Assembly: GCA_002104905.1 (NCBI GenBank)
Contig: MCFE01000014.1
Coordinates: forward strand, 124,001 to 188,000
Length of the DNA: 64,000 nt
Direction of reading: 5' to 3'
DNA from: Basidiobolus meristosporus CBS 931.73
Lineage: Eukaryota > Fungi > Basidiobolomycota
Part shown: positions 12,101-23,343 of the stretch, piece by piece
How the letters are laid out: each line of letters begins with the position of its first letter
How positions within the stretch are numbered: the stretch's first letter is position 1
Notes under the pieces: generated by a model
Told to the model about the DNA's origin: nothing
The model's database searches: none
The model's input: the letters and a program-made list of their open reading frames with translations, nothing else
Made by a program: the position numbers and the translations under genes

Positions 12101-13033
12101 ATGCTCCACCTGCGAAAGATTTAACCAAAGTCAAAAGATAGGGACAACCGCACCAATACTGCTTGACCTACCCTTCTATTGGTTAGGGATTGACTTTGTT
12201 GGGCCCTTTATGAAAACAAAGAGAGGGGAACAATACATAATAATTGCTACCAATTATATCTCAAAATGGGTAGAAGCCCAAGCTGTCCAAAATAAAGACC
12301 AGAAGACAACCGCCCAATTCATTCTAGAACACCTCATCTGCCGGCACGGATATCCTCAGATACTCCTGTCCATCAATGGTGGCTCCTTCCTGAACAACAC
12401 TGTGGCCCACTTGTGCAAAATGATGGGCGTGAAACAGGTCTTCACGGCCGTGTATCACCCGCAGACAACAGATTAACTGAGAGGATGAACCAGATGTGTT
12501 GCCGCATACTAGAGAAGCTCCACTGGGAACTACCCCAATCATGGGCCAAGCTACTCCCACTAACACTCCTAGCAATGCGTATGATACCAAATAAAACAAC
12601 AGGTTTCTCCCTGTACAAAGTTCTGTACAGACAAAGGCCCAAGTGGCGTGAAGAAACTGGATTGACAATGGAAGGTGTCCCCTTGATGACACATAACAAC
12701 TATGTAGAAAGGCTGATACACCGTATTGCCCACCTATACATAAAAGTGTTCAAAAATGTCAACAAGTACCTTCCCCCTCCACCCTAAAATGAGAAACTAA
12801 TGGGGCAAAAGTGGAAACCAGGCAATAAAGTGTGGTACAATCAAACCGTTGCAGGCCTCAAGTTTTGCCCACAATTTACACCCCAATGGATTGGCTCTTG
12901 CACCGTCATTAGCTTGGACCACAGGCCAAAGTACACCATTACCCTGAACAACAAGACAATCAGCAACGTAGTGCCAGCCCATCTGAAACCGTTTCATGAT
13001 GATCCACCAATCATCACTGAAACCAAAGTGTGA
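9192..13033 (+). pseudogene. Gypsy pol (protease, RT, RNase H, integrase with GPY/F-like tail)
   Basis: ALINTGSS (D>N protease site), SPWASPI...RFCIDYQKLN, YLDNI (YxDD decayed), CDGS RNase H, GIDFVGP integrase. Stops PLP*IDDL (10740) and ED*PKT (10839). Confidence 0.88.
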
Positions 13034-13138
13034 TTAAACAATTATCAGGACAAGGATAGAGGAAGACACGGGATACATACAAAGTTTATTAGAGGAGATT
13101 TTAGTCACTATAGGCACAAATGATATGCACAAGGAAGT

Positions 13139-14029
13139 TTGCCCAAAAGGGAGAACAAAAGAATGCATATGGAAAGTGCCAAAGGAAACAGTTCACCCAA
13201 AACTGGCAATACCCTTCCCACCAGTAAGAACCAAGATGATATCAACAACAAAACCAACCTGCAAGTGTTGAGAGATATAGTACAAGCATTACATGTGACA
13301 AGAGCCATCTATGAAGAGTTGTTTGCCGGAGCAGTCACGTTGATACAAGACACAATTAGAGAGGGACGAGACAAGTTACCCATGCTGATACAAAGCATGG
13401 AGATACTACCCAAGAAGACCGTATACCACCTAAGAGGAGGTTCCTTGATCATTAAGGAGAAGGACACCGCACTAATTCCTGTATCCATACTGGACACAGT
13501 CAGACAGAAGACACAAGGAATCAACTGTCGCGCCCTCACAAGACCTCAAGAGCCCCCCTGTTTTGTTGCATACTTGCCATTGATAGGTACCATGGTTGTT
13601 GAGGTATATGCAGACCTGGTACAAGCAGCAAGAGCACCAGAAGTAGAACTCCCAATTGAAAGACTCCTCCAAGAAATTTGCGAACATCTTGAACCGCATT
13701 TCCAAGAAGGAACCATCTTAGAGAAGATACGCAAACAGATTAAATACACCAGCCAGTTAACCCATGCGATCCACCAAGTTGCTGTGTTACAACTATTACA
13801 GTGGTTTACCGTAGGACAACTCAGGAACCAGTACAAAGTCCAACTCCAAGAAGCCAAAGAAACCGCTGCGGACTCTGTAGAAACCATGAGGCAAGTACAA
13901 AAGCGCCTTGATTGCGCCACAGTTTCTACAGAAGAACTACAATATGTCTTGGAAGAAGCAAAAACATGTTACCAACAACGGGTGACTGCCAACCAAGTGT
14001 ACACCCTCTTCAAAAGGCCATGCCAATAA
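13139..14029 (+). CDS. Unknown 296-aa ORF downstream of and in frame with Gypsy integrase
   Basis: Long open frame with a helical/coiled-coil C-terminus and no recognisable family. Separated from IN by two in-frame TGAs (13031, 13121). Confidence 0.5.
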   Translation: MPKRENKRMHMESAKGNSSPKTGNTLPTSKNQDDINNKTNLQVLRDIVQALHVTRAIYEELFAGAVTLIQDTIREGRDKLPMLIQSMEILPKKTVYHLRGGSLIIKEKDTALIPVSILDTVRQKTQGINCRALTRPQEPPCFVAYLPLIGTMVVEVYADLVQAARAPEVELPIERLLQEICEHLEPHFQEGTILEKIRKQIKYTSQLTHAIHQVAVLQLLQWFTVGQLRNQYKVQLQEAKETAADSVETMRQVQKRLDCATVSTEELQYVLEEAKTCYQQRVTANQVYTLFKRPCQ

Positions 14030-14192
14030 GTCGTGTTCCACTTGTGGATGCAGTTACACCTGACCATCTGCAAGTTACTTCTGGAGAACCCCTATGAAAA
14101 ATAACTGTGATGGTCATGTCAAAAGCTGTCACAAAAATTAAATCCCATGACTAAGAGGTATTGGTGCCATTAGGACTAACAATACAAGCACT

Positions 14193-14217
14193 AGACTTGT
14201 TCCATTGTACCGTGCCA
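14193..14217 (+). repeat. Left TIR AGACTTGTTCCATTGTACCGTGCCA
   Basis: Inverted match to 17579-17603. Confidence 0.88.
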
Positions 14218-14934
14218 GGGCGCGCGGCGCGATCCGCGGTTGCAAAGAACAATCGGGCGCAATATTATAGCTACCAGAAGGCAGGATCATTCTTGGACGA
14301 TTTTGCACTATGCGGGACGATCTCGCACACTATGGCACAATCTGACACGATGAGGTTGGCGTGGATGATCGCGCCAACTTGTAATGCTTGCATCACGTGC
14401 GCAATCGGATACCGCTATAATGGCAGGTAAAATCCGGTATTTGGATATGTTTCTTTAATGTAAATGGAAATAAATGTGTATCACACTATAAACTACACTG
14501 ATACTTACCATTTTGGTTACCCTCACTCCAATTGGACGGTATCTCAGTGGTTAATTGGTCCAAAGTATCCTGAAGCTGGCAGCCCCCAATTGGCTCATTG
14601 ACTACTGAAAAAGCTACCTGATTTGCCATCAAATATCCCATTTTGCCCATTGAGCAAGTAAATCCCTGATCCTAGTGATTGGGCAAGGTGTCATAGCCAG
14701 CACGCAAGCGATCGTGTAGGTGCAAAACAGATCCAATAGCTGCACTGGTATTACAGATGACGTATATATATGCAGGGTGTTTATTTATAGGGGTTCTGTC
14801 TCAAATGTGAGACGACCTTGATATTACTTATATCAAAAATTTGATGATCACTGATTTGCAATGGCTCAATTTGGATCGCAAAAAAAAAGGGTTGTTGGGA
14901 TCATTACAAATGTGAGCGATTCAAAGCAATCGCA

Positions 14935-16176
14935 TCATCTTCTCCTGGGTTTTTTTCTCACAGGGATTACTACTGAAGCATTTGGTAGTGACTCACTTTG
15001 CACACCTATACTACTTCCTGGCTGACTATCATCTTGGCTACTTGTATATTCATAGTCAGTATTTTGCCTCCTAGTTGATGAGTGTGATGCTGCAGCTTGG
15101 CCGCGCTGAATTGCTCCAACTGAACCAACTGAACCAACTGAACCGGCCTGTAGTGCCACGCGCTGACACGTTCTTTTACTTGCCAAGGGCTCTGGTGGTT
15201 GAGTCACTTCATGTTGGTCATCATCAGTCAGTTCACCAGAAGTAACTTGCTGATGGTCAGGCAAAACGGCACGCGCAGTCGCGCCTTGACGCGTTGAGAT
15301 GGCCCTTGGCTGAGTTCAATGTGATGCCGCATGTTGACGCGACTTGGTCCGCTCCAATGGACTTGTGTCTAAATGAGCAGTTTGGCAAGTTCTGGTAGTT
15401 TTGCTCTGAAGCGCGCGTGTTGACCCAACGCAGGGCGTTCTGGTAAAGGGTGTTGGCGTGGTCTGGACTGACGTGCGCCGGCGCGCTGTGGTTGCAAGAG
15501 ATGGTAGGGAATCCAGCGAGGCGTGCTGGTGCGATCTCGACGATGTTGCTTGTGGTCTGTATTCTTCCTCCTGAAGCTCACCATCTGATTCCTCAAGGTA
15601 TTCACTTACCCTCTGTCTGATACTTTGGAGCTGTTGCCTGGATGAGTCCTGTGTATATTGCTCTCGGAAGCCACTTAGCTCTACTAATATATCACGTAGT
15701 ACATTAGTCATTTGAGGCAAAAACTCATTCAAAATCTCTTTGGTTCCCAAAGTTGAGGCATGAACAGATGCGTCCGGCCTGTACTGTGCAAATTGCGCGC
15801 AAAATCGTTCCCGCGCGGCTTCCTTGTCAAATCCCCTCACTCTCAGCTCATTCTTGATTTCAATACTTGTCTTGTTATATATCTTTTTACATACATCGGC
15901 TGGCATCTTGATGTAGAACTCATGCCACAGCTTTCTACTCAAATTCTTCCATCTTTGTTGACTCTCTGAGGTATCTAGTTCTGCTAGATTAATCAGTAGT
16001 GCCCAAATATCTGTATGAAGGCTCATCATAGACACTTGGGCCATACTAAAATCATTTGGTGAGAACTCGAACGGATCTGACATCGACTTTTCTGGTCCGG
16101 ACCGCGCTTGTGAGCTGGGGGATGGGTTTTGTCTGGGTTGTACTAAAGATGAGTTGAGGCTTGGTATGGGGACCAT
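14935..16176 (-). CDS. Transposon accessory protein (about 413 aa) split by one in-frame TGA at 15316-15318
   Basis: ORFs 15316-16176 and 14935-15264 share a frame with 17 sense codons between them. Weak Myb/MADF-like QRWKNL motif and basic C-terminus RKKPRRR. Homolog at 7390-7975. Confidence 0.65.
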
Positions 16177-16535
16177 AGCAACGGATTTGGATACTTATAC
16201 AGCAGTATATTGGCATCAACCTGGTCTTATATGAAATATATATGAAAACTAAACTGATTGTTGAATTTTCCATATATTATGCATGATGCATCTTGGATCG
16301 CGTTGACACGGATCAGATCACATCAATCGCAGATTTCCTATTTGATTATAGACCTATGATTAAAGCATCAATAAAAGTACCAAGGCATTGTTTGCGGATG
16401 ATTTTTGCGACATAATGATAGGATACATGGCAATTGATGGAGATTTAACCATAATGTGTTAAAAATCAGATAAATAACGCAGATCGTGCCGAATCGATTC
16501 AAACCGCCTCCATACAATCATCCATCAATTTTAAT

Positions 16536-17420
16536 ATGACTTACTCATCTGAATGGTCTTTTCTCATCAATCCCATCACTACCACTGGATTTCCTTTTGA
16601 CACACTGGAGGAGATCTATTCCAAGTACTGTGGACCATCAACCCCAATCTACTCAAGGAGATCCCTTGTTAAGCTTCTCTGCTATTACAAGAACTATTGC
16701 CCTACAAGGTTTCATCCCACCATCCATGGCAACAAAAGTCCTAGAAGCTTTCATTCCCAGCTGACAGCAATGGAGAACCACCTTGCAGAGGGTATGAATG
16801 ACTTAGAGCAAGCTTGGAATACTAGGTTCAGAAGCTCCAATAGACTTCCATATCCCAGAGTGTTCAGCAACAGGTTCCATATCAGGAGTATTTTGGATAC
16901 CTTCCCAGTGAGGATTAACAGACCTTCTAGAGGGCAGAGGCACTTTTATTCTGGCAAGTACAAGGCACACTGTGTGAAGTTTCAAGCACTGTCTGACATT
17001 GAGGGTAACATCATCTGGTTTAGTGGGCCATTTGCTGGAAGTAGGCATGACAAAGCACCCTGGGTAGAGAATCATCCTGAATTCAGTAGAGGGGAGAAAT
17101 GTATGGCAGACTTGGCCTATATAGGAGAGGATTGTCAGAGATTAGGATGTATTACAGCTTATAGGAAGCCAAGGAATGGTGTGCTTAGCAGGAAGCAGAA
17201 GCTCTACAATGAGATATTTAATCATTTCAGAGTAAGGGTAGAGCACACATTTGGATATCTGAAGAGATTCAGCATATTGGCAGGTAAATACAGAGGAAAG
17301 TCATATATAGGAGAAAACAGCAGAATAGGTAAAATAGTTAAGATACTTATCAATGCACAGTATGTTCATACAAGAAGACATCCACTGAGAGAAATGTGTC
17401 TGGAGCATTATGAAGAGTAA
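16536..17420 (+). CDS. DDE transposase (DDE_Tnp_4 / PIF-Harbinger-like), intact, 294 aa
   Basis: Catalytic-type motifs ILDTFP, FYSGKYKAHCVKFQ, GPFAGSRHD, MADLAY and RVRVEHTFG. No stops. Confidence 0.92.
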   Translation: MTYSSEWSFLINPITTTGFPFDTLEEIYSKYCGPSTPIYSRRSLVKLLCYYKNYCPTRFHPTIHGNKSPRSFHSQLTAMENHLAEGMNDLEQAWNTRFRSSNRLPYPRVFSNRFHIRSILDTFPVRINRPSRGQRHFYSGKYKAHCVKFQALSDIEGNIIWFSGPFAGSRHDKAPWVENHPEFSRGEKCMADLAYIGEDCQRLGCITAYRKPRNGVLSRKQKLYNEIFNHFRVRVEHTFGYLKRFSILAGKYRGKSYIGENSRIGKIVKILINAQYVHTRRHPLREMCLEHYEE

Positions 17421-17499
17421 ATAAAGCAAGGAAAGCACTATTCTGAGCAACATAAGTAAGATTGAGTAAAATTACCAGTAACTGTATCATACCACTGGC

Positions 17500-17603
17500 A
17501 TCATGGTAGAAATTATAGTGCCAGATAGTGCCGTAGAGTGCCAGATCGATCCGGCAATATAAACCGGCTGGCACTATGTGGCACTATCCAACGGAACAAG
17601 TCT
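17500..17603 (-). repeat. Right subterminal AGTGCC/GGCACT repeats and right TIR (17579-17603)
   Basis: Three AGTGCC direct copies, two inverted copies, and the TIR. Confidence 0.75.
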
Positions 17604-18308
17604 ACTATTTAGAAAAATTGCTCCCCAGAATTCTCAAGTTTGAGATTTGCATAGGGATTGGGTAGAAATCCTACAGCTTTATGCCATTTTTCATTCACTG
17701 ATTCCCATATATCCAGGCTTTCAGCCAGCACTGCAAGGTCTAGAACCTCATCTGCCAGTCCTTGCAATAAATCCTGGCAATATTCAGGTGCATTCTCTTG
17801 AGCACTGCTCTTGAAGAAGTAATGCATCCTTTTGCTTTGCCTGTCATTGCCCCAAAACTCCACTGTATGCATAGCAAAAGTCTTTAGAGTTCTTAATGTT
17901 GTTGCTTTGTCTGCCTGTGGGATCTCCACTCTGTCCACAATGGAGGACATGGAGGCAGTGGTAGACAAATTGCCTTTCTCTGCAAGCTCATCCACCCCAC
18001 TGGAGTGTAGCTTATGTGGCAGCACTTCCTACTCTTGAGAAAACAGCTTCTGTCTTGTTGTTAATGCTTCTTAGCTATGATGGGATTCAGCCTGTTGCAT
18101 GCATAAGGCACTAATTGGCAAGAACTGTTGTTCTTTTCTTACGCTTCTCTGTCACTGGCTTGGATAGACTTTTCCCTTTACCTTATCCTTTATCACTGTC
18201 AAGTCAACCACTGCTACATTGTCTGAGTGCTACTTTTACTGAAGTATGCCTTCTTCTTGATAAATGCTGCACTAGTGTATCCATTTGTGCCATCTTGTTG
18301 CTTATTAG

Positions 18309-21300
18309 TGTTGTAAGAGTCTTGGAGATATTGGAAGTGATTTGGAGAACAAGTAGATTATGTGGTTTTCACTTAATGATTTATTGAATGTAAAAGTAGT
18401 ATTTATACTTTTACATGGTCTTGGCATTACAAACACGTAGAATAGGTTAAGGAAGGTCCCAAGAACATGTGTGCAAAGTTTGGGGCTGTTTGGACAACTT
18501 TGAGAATTTTCATGTTCTGGGTACCTGGTATTTTGGTGAAAATATTCTAAGTAAATCCCGACAAGGAATTTGGTCAGTATTCTCTAGGATTTGAAGGTGA
18601 TGATCTAAGTGACTAAGTTAGGTGAATATTTAGGTGGAAAATACGAATTTTTACAACACTCCCACTCAGCTAAATGTTCATACTGACTAGTCCTAATTTT
18701 GACCTAAGATATTCAAACTTGTCTCTAGCTAATGGTTTGGTAAATATGTCTGCAATCATTTCATCTGTAGGACAGTAAACTAAGCTAACTAAGTTATTCT
18801 CTATAGCTTCACGTATGAAATGATGTCTAATATCTATGTGCTTGGTTCTAGCATGAAAAGTTGGATTTCTACCTAATTGTATACATCCTTGATTATCTTG
18901 AAATAAAGTAATAGGCGTTTTTTGACATAGGCCTAAATCTGTAAAGAGCTTTCTTAACCACATTGCTTCTTTTGTAGCTTCACAGGCTGCCATATACTCT
19001 GCCTCTGTAGTAGAAAGTGCTACGGTTGGTTGCTTTCTTGAGTTCCATGAAATGGCTCCTTTACAGTAAAGAAAGGTATATCCTGTGGTGGATCTTCTGT
19101 CTTCTAAATTTCGTCCCCAATCAGCATCAGAGTATCCCACAAGATCCTGTTCTGAATCCTTATAAGTGTATCTTAAGCAGATATCAGCAGTTCCTTTTAG
19201 GTATCTAAAAATCCGCTTAACTGCTGCAATATGATCAGATCCATAATTCTGATTATGTTGGCTGACAACTCCCACTGAATATGAGATATCTGGACGTGTT
19301 CCAAGCATGATATACATCAGACTGCCGACCATAGATTGATAAGGAAAGTCAGGGCTTTCAGATGGCACCAAGCTCTCTTGATTTGGTTGAGTTTTGACCA
19401 AGTTAAGGTTTGTCTCCATTGGGGTAGCTGCCGGTTTGCAGTCTTCCATTTGTACTTCTTTAGTATATCTTGAATATACTTGGATTGGCTTAGGGTAATA
19501 GTCTGGGTACTTCTGTCTATGGAGAACTTAATCCCTAAGTAGTAACTAAGTTCTCCTAGATCGGACATCTTGAACTCCTTAGATAGGCTGGATTTAGTCT
19601 CTTCCAATGTTTCTAGGTTATTGGCGGCTATAATAAGATCATCCACATATAGAGCTAATAGAACTGGATTTGCTCTATCTGGCTTATAGTATATACTATA
19701 GTCAGCATTACTCCTTTTGAAACTCAAAGATTCCAAATAAGAATCTATCTTGCAATTCCAGGCTCTTGGTGATTGTTTGAGACCATATAGTGACTTTTTA
19801 AGCTTGCAGACCAAATGGGGGTTATCTTGGTCAACAAACCCATCAGGCTGGTCCATATACACGTCCTCATCAAGTTCTCCATTCAAAAATGCAGTTTTTA
19901 CATCCATTTGATGAATAAAAAACTTATATTTGGCTGCAATAGCCAATATTAATCTGATGGAATTAAACTTGGCTACCGGTGCAAAGGTCTCAGTATAGTC
20001 AAGTCCTTTTGTTTGAGAGTATCCTTTGGCTACAAGTCTTGCTTTGTATCTTTCAATTGTACCATCAGCCTTGTATTTTGTCTTGAAGACCCATCTGCAT
20101 CCAATTGATTTTTGGTTGATTGGTAATTTGACTAAGTCCCAAGTTTGATTTTCCATCAGTGCCTGATATTCCTCAGTCATTGCAGATCTCCAAAACTTCG
20201 TCTGAGGACTATTTAGGGCCTCTTTTACAGTCTGGGGTTCATCAACATGGACTGAATAGGCATAGGCTAAGTTTGTACCCTCATTGATATAGTAATTTGG
20301 GCTATTTCTTGTCCGATTGGATCTCCGGGCATTTGATACTGGAATGATCACTTCTGGGATATTCCTGGGCACTGATTCTGGCTGAACCACGGTTGTAGAG
20401 TCCTCTGGAGTGAAAAAATTTTCATTGTTTTGCTCTGATTCAATCCTGACAATTGGTGGACTTGAGATCAAATTTTCGTCATCATCTGATGTCATTTTTT
20501 GTGAAAATTTTGAATTTTCATCAAACAACACATCCCTGGACTTGATCAGCTTCTTTGCTTCGGTATTGTAGAGTCTGTATGCCTTACTCTCATTGCAGTA
20601 GCCCAAAAATATGCATTTTACACTTTTTGGCTCAAATTTTGACTGATTTCCGGCCAGTTTTTTGGCATATGCTGTACACCCAAATATTCTTAGATGTTCT
20701 GCACTTGGTCTGTATCCATACCATGCTTCAAATGGAGTAGAATCACGAAGTATTCTGTTATAACTCCTATTTTTAAGATATACAGCAGTGGCAACTGATT
20801 CTGCCCAAAAATCATAGGATAATTTTTGATCATGGATCATAGATCTTGCCATATCAATTATTGATCTGTTAGCTCGTTCTGCTACTCCATTTTGCTGTGG
20901 GGAGTATGGTACAGTAGTCTCTTGCTTTATCCCATGAATTTTGCAGAAGTGGATGAAGAGTTTTGAGGTATATTCTCCACCATTGTCAGAGCGTATTTTC
21001 TTGATTTTTTCACCAGTTTCTCTCTCCACCATGGCTTTGAACTCCCTGAGCTTAGACAGAGCTTCTTCCTTTCTCTCCATGAAGTAGACCCATGTGTATC
21101 TTGTATAATCATCAATAAAAGTGATTAAATACTTCATCCCGCCTAAGGATAAATTTTGCATAGGTCCACACAGATCTGAGTGAATTAGATCTAATTTTTT
21201 CTTAGTTTTGATTAACCCAGAGCTCTTGAACGGTTGTCTGGCTTGTTTCCCATATATGCAGGCTTCACAGTGCTCCAAAATAGCTGGGGGATCAATTTTC

Positions 21301-22994
21301 ACTCCAGAAATTAGCTGATCTTTGATCATTTTACGCAAATAATCAAAATTGATGTGTCCAAATCTCCTGTGCCAAAGCATTGGTGTTTCTTCATTTAAGT
21401 TACTTATATTGGCTTCCAGATATGATGGAATATAAGTCAACTTGTATAGGTTCTGATCTCTGATGCCCGAAGCAATATGGGCACCATTTTGATCAGTGAT
21501 CCTGCATCCAGAATTGTCAAAACTGAAACTGAGTCCTTCTGCTGTGGCCTTGCTTACAGAGAGTAGGTTCTTGGCTATTTCTGGTACATAGAGTACTTCT
21601 TTAAAGGTCAGTGTATGGCTTCCTTCACTGCTTCTAAGGTTTACTTGGATAGTTCCTTCTCCCACTGCATCAAGTGTTCTATCGTCACCCATGAAAACCT
21701 TCTTAATTGGAATTTCTTGATATTGGGTAAAAAGTTCTTTTTGGTGTGTAAAGTGTTGAGAAGCTCCAGAGTCAATATACCACGTCTGAGAATCCTTGTT
21801 TGTGGTCATATTTAGTGCAGATATGAATAGTCTATCTTCAGTTGTTACAGCATTTCCATATTCAGGCTTCTTTTGCTGATAATCTCTCTTTTTGAAACAT
21901 CGGTCTGATGTGTGTCCTTTCCTTTTGCAGTAGTTGCAAAATAGGTTGCTGTTGCCTTTGTAGGGTCTTGGGTACCTCCTTTGTTGGTTATCATTGCTTA
22001 TTAAAGCATTTTCTTCTTCCTTCTTATTGGCGCTTGATTTTCTTAATTCTTCATCCAGGAGCCTTCCATATACGTAATTTAAGGTCAAATCTTCAGTTCT
22101 GGACTCTAGGGCTGATACAAGGCCCTGAAACTCGTCTGTCAGGCTATTCAGGATGGTAACTATCACATCCTCATCAGTAGTTGGTATGCCCACAGATTCC
22201 ATCTCATCTACCAGCAGGGTAATTCTGTTAATTAGATTTTTCATTTCTTCTCCTGGCAGCATCTTTGTAGTAAAGAATTTTCTTCTCAGATACATTTTCT
22301 TGGCAGCTGAACATGACTGGTAGGTGTCTTCTAATGCTTTCCAGGCATTCTTTGCCGTTTTTGCTCTTGAGCATTGAATTAGCAATTTGTCCTTGACATT
22401 AAGGCAAATGCAGTTAAAGGCACTTTGTTCTTTCTTCTGGTACTTCAAGGCTTCCTCTCCCACGTTTTTAGGAGGGCATTCTTCTCCCATGACAATATCC
22501 CAAAGGCCTCTTTCTTGTAGCAGCATCTTCATCTTCACCTTCCACACTTGGTAGTTAGATCCATCCAACTTTTCAGCAGAGGGAAAAATTCCAGTAATAG
22601 CAGTAGTAGACATTGCAGAGAGTGACAGCTCGGGGCTCATAACCTGTTGTAAGAGTCTTGGAGATATTGGAAGTGATTTGGAGAACAAGTAGATTATGTG
22701 GTTTTCACTTAATGATTTATTGAATGTAAAAGTAGTATTTATACTTTTACATGGTCTTGGCATTACAAACACGTAGAATAGGTTAAGGAAGGTCCCAAGA
22801 ACATGTGTGCAAAGTTTGGGGCTGTTTGGACAACTTTGAGAATTTTCATGTTCTGGGTACCTGGTATTTTGGTGAAAATATTCTAAGTAAATCCCGACAA
22901 GGAATTTGGTCAGTATTCTCTAGGATTTGAAGGTGATGATCTAAGTGACTAAGTTAGGTGAATATTTAGGTGGAAAATACGAATTTTTACAACA
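18309..22994 (-). mobile_element. Full-length Ty1/Copia retrotransposon copy 2, very recent
   Basis: 350-bp LTRs 18309-18658 and 22645-22994, apparently identical by eye. TSD ATTAG (18304-18308, 22995-22999). PPT 18659-18666. PBS 22633-22644. Confidence 0.97.
18670..22640 (-). CDS. Copia gag-pol polyprotein with a single 1-nt frameshift near 19451
   Basis: gag, CCHC, protease WYIDSGAS, integrase, RT (YVDD) and RNase H are all intact. TTCCATTTGTAC versus TTCCATTTGGTAC in copy 1. Confidence 0.92.
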
Positions 22995-23343
22995 ATTAGC
23001 ACTCTTCTAGTAAGTTAACATCTCTTTGCCACTTGTTTTGAGCTTTCAGCCTTACTTGTGATGGGCTCCTGAGGAAGCTGCAGGCTCATATCACTTCTAG
23101 GTACTTCTTGATTGGAACTACCCCTTTTGCTTGATAAATATTGCACTGGTGCATCTGTATCTACCTGCTCTTCCCTTATTGGCGCTATTTCAGCTACCTG
23201 ATGTTTCTTTGACACTTATTTAGAGCTTTTGGCCCTGCTTGTAACAGGCTCCTGAGGAAGCAGCTGGCTTTTAGCCATTGCACCCTGGCTCTTCTGCCTC
23301 TGATAGTTTCTGCTATTCTTGAGATGCTTTCTTAGCATTCCAT

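Larger units (their letters stand above)
7976..14029 (+). mobile_element. Ty3/Gypsy retrotransposon, decayed, 3' LTR not found
   Basis: Candidate LTR 7976-8348, tRNA PBS, gag, then PR-RT-RH-IN order. Many CGA>TGA-type stops and frameshifts. Confidence 0.85.
14193..17603 (+). mobile_element. Complete 3411-bp PHIS-superfamily (PIF/Harbinger-related, Pangu-type) DNA transposon
   Basis: 25-bp imperfect TIRs (21/25), 3-bp TSD ACT (14190-14192, 17604-17606), DDE_Tnp_4-type transposase plus a divergent second ORF. Confidence 0.88.
17609..23338 (-). pseudogene. Unknown gene with a 61-aa internal tandem repeat, interrupted by Copia copy 2
   Basis: The frame is continuous across the Copia TSD. 183-bp DNA repeat (GGCTCCTGAGGAAGC at 23064 and 23247). 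Probable intron near 18075-18142. Open 138-aa 3' segment 17609-18025. Several stops. Confidence 0.5.

Noticed and set aside
14193-14430. Local GATC enrichment in transposon non-coding DNA as a 6mA signal
   Set aside because: Only about four sites per 240 bp; cannot be separated from chance or CG-richness without methylation data.
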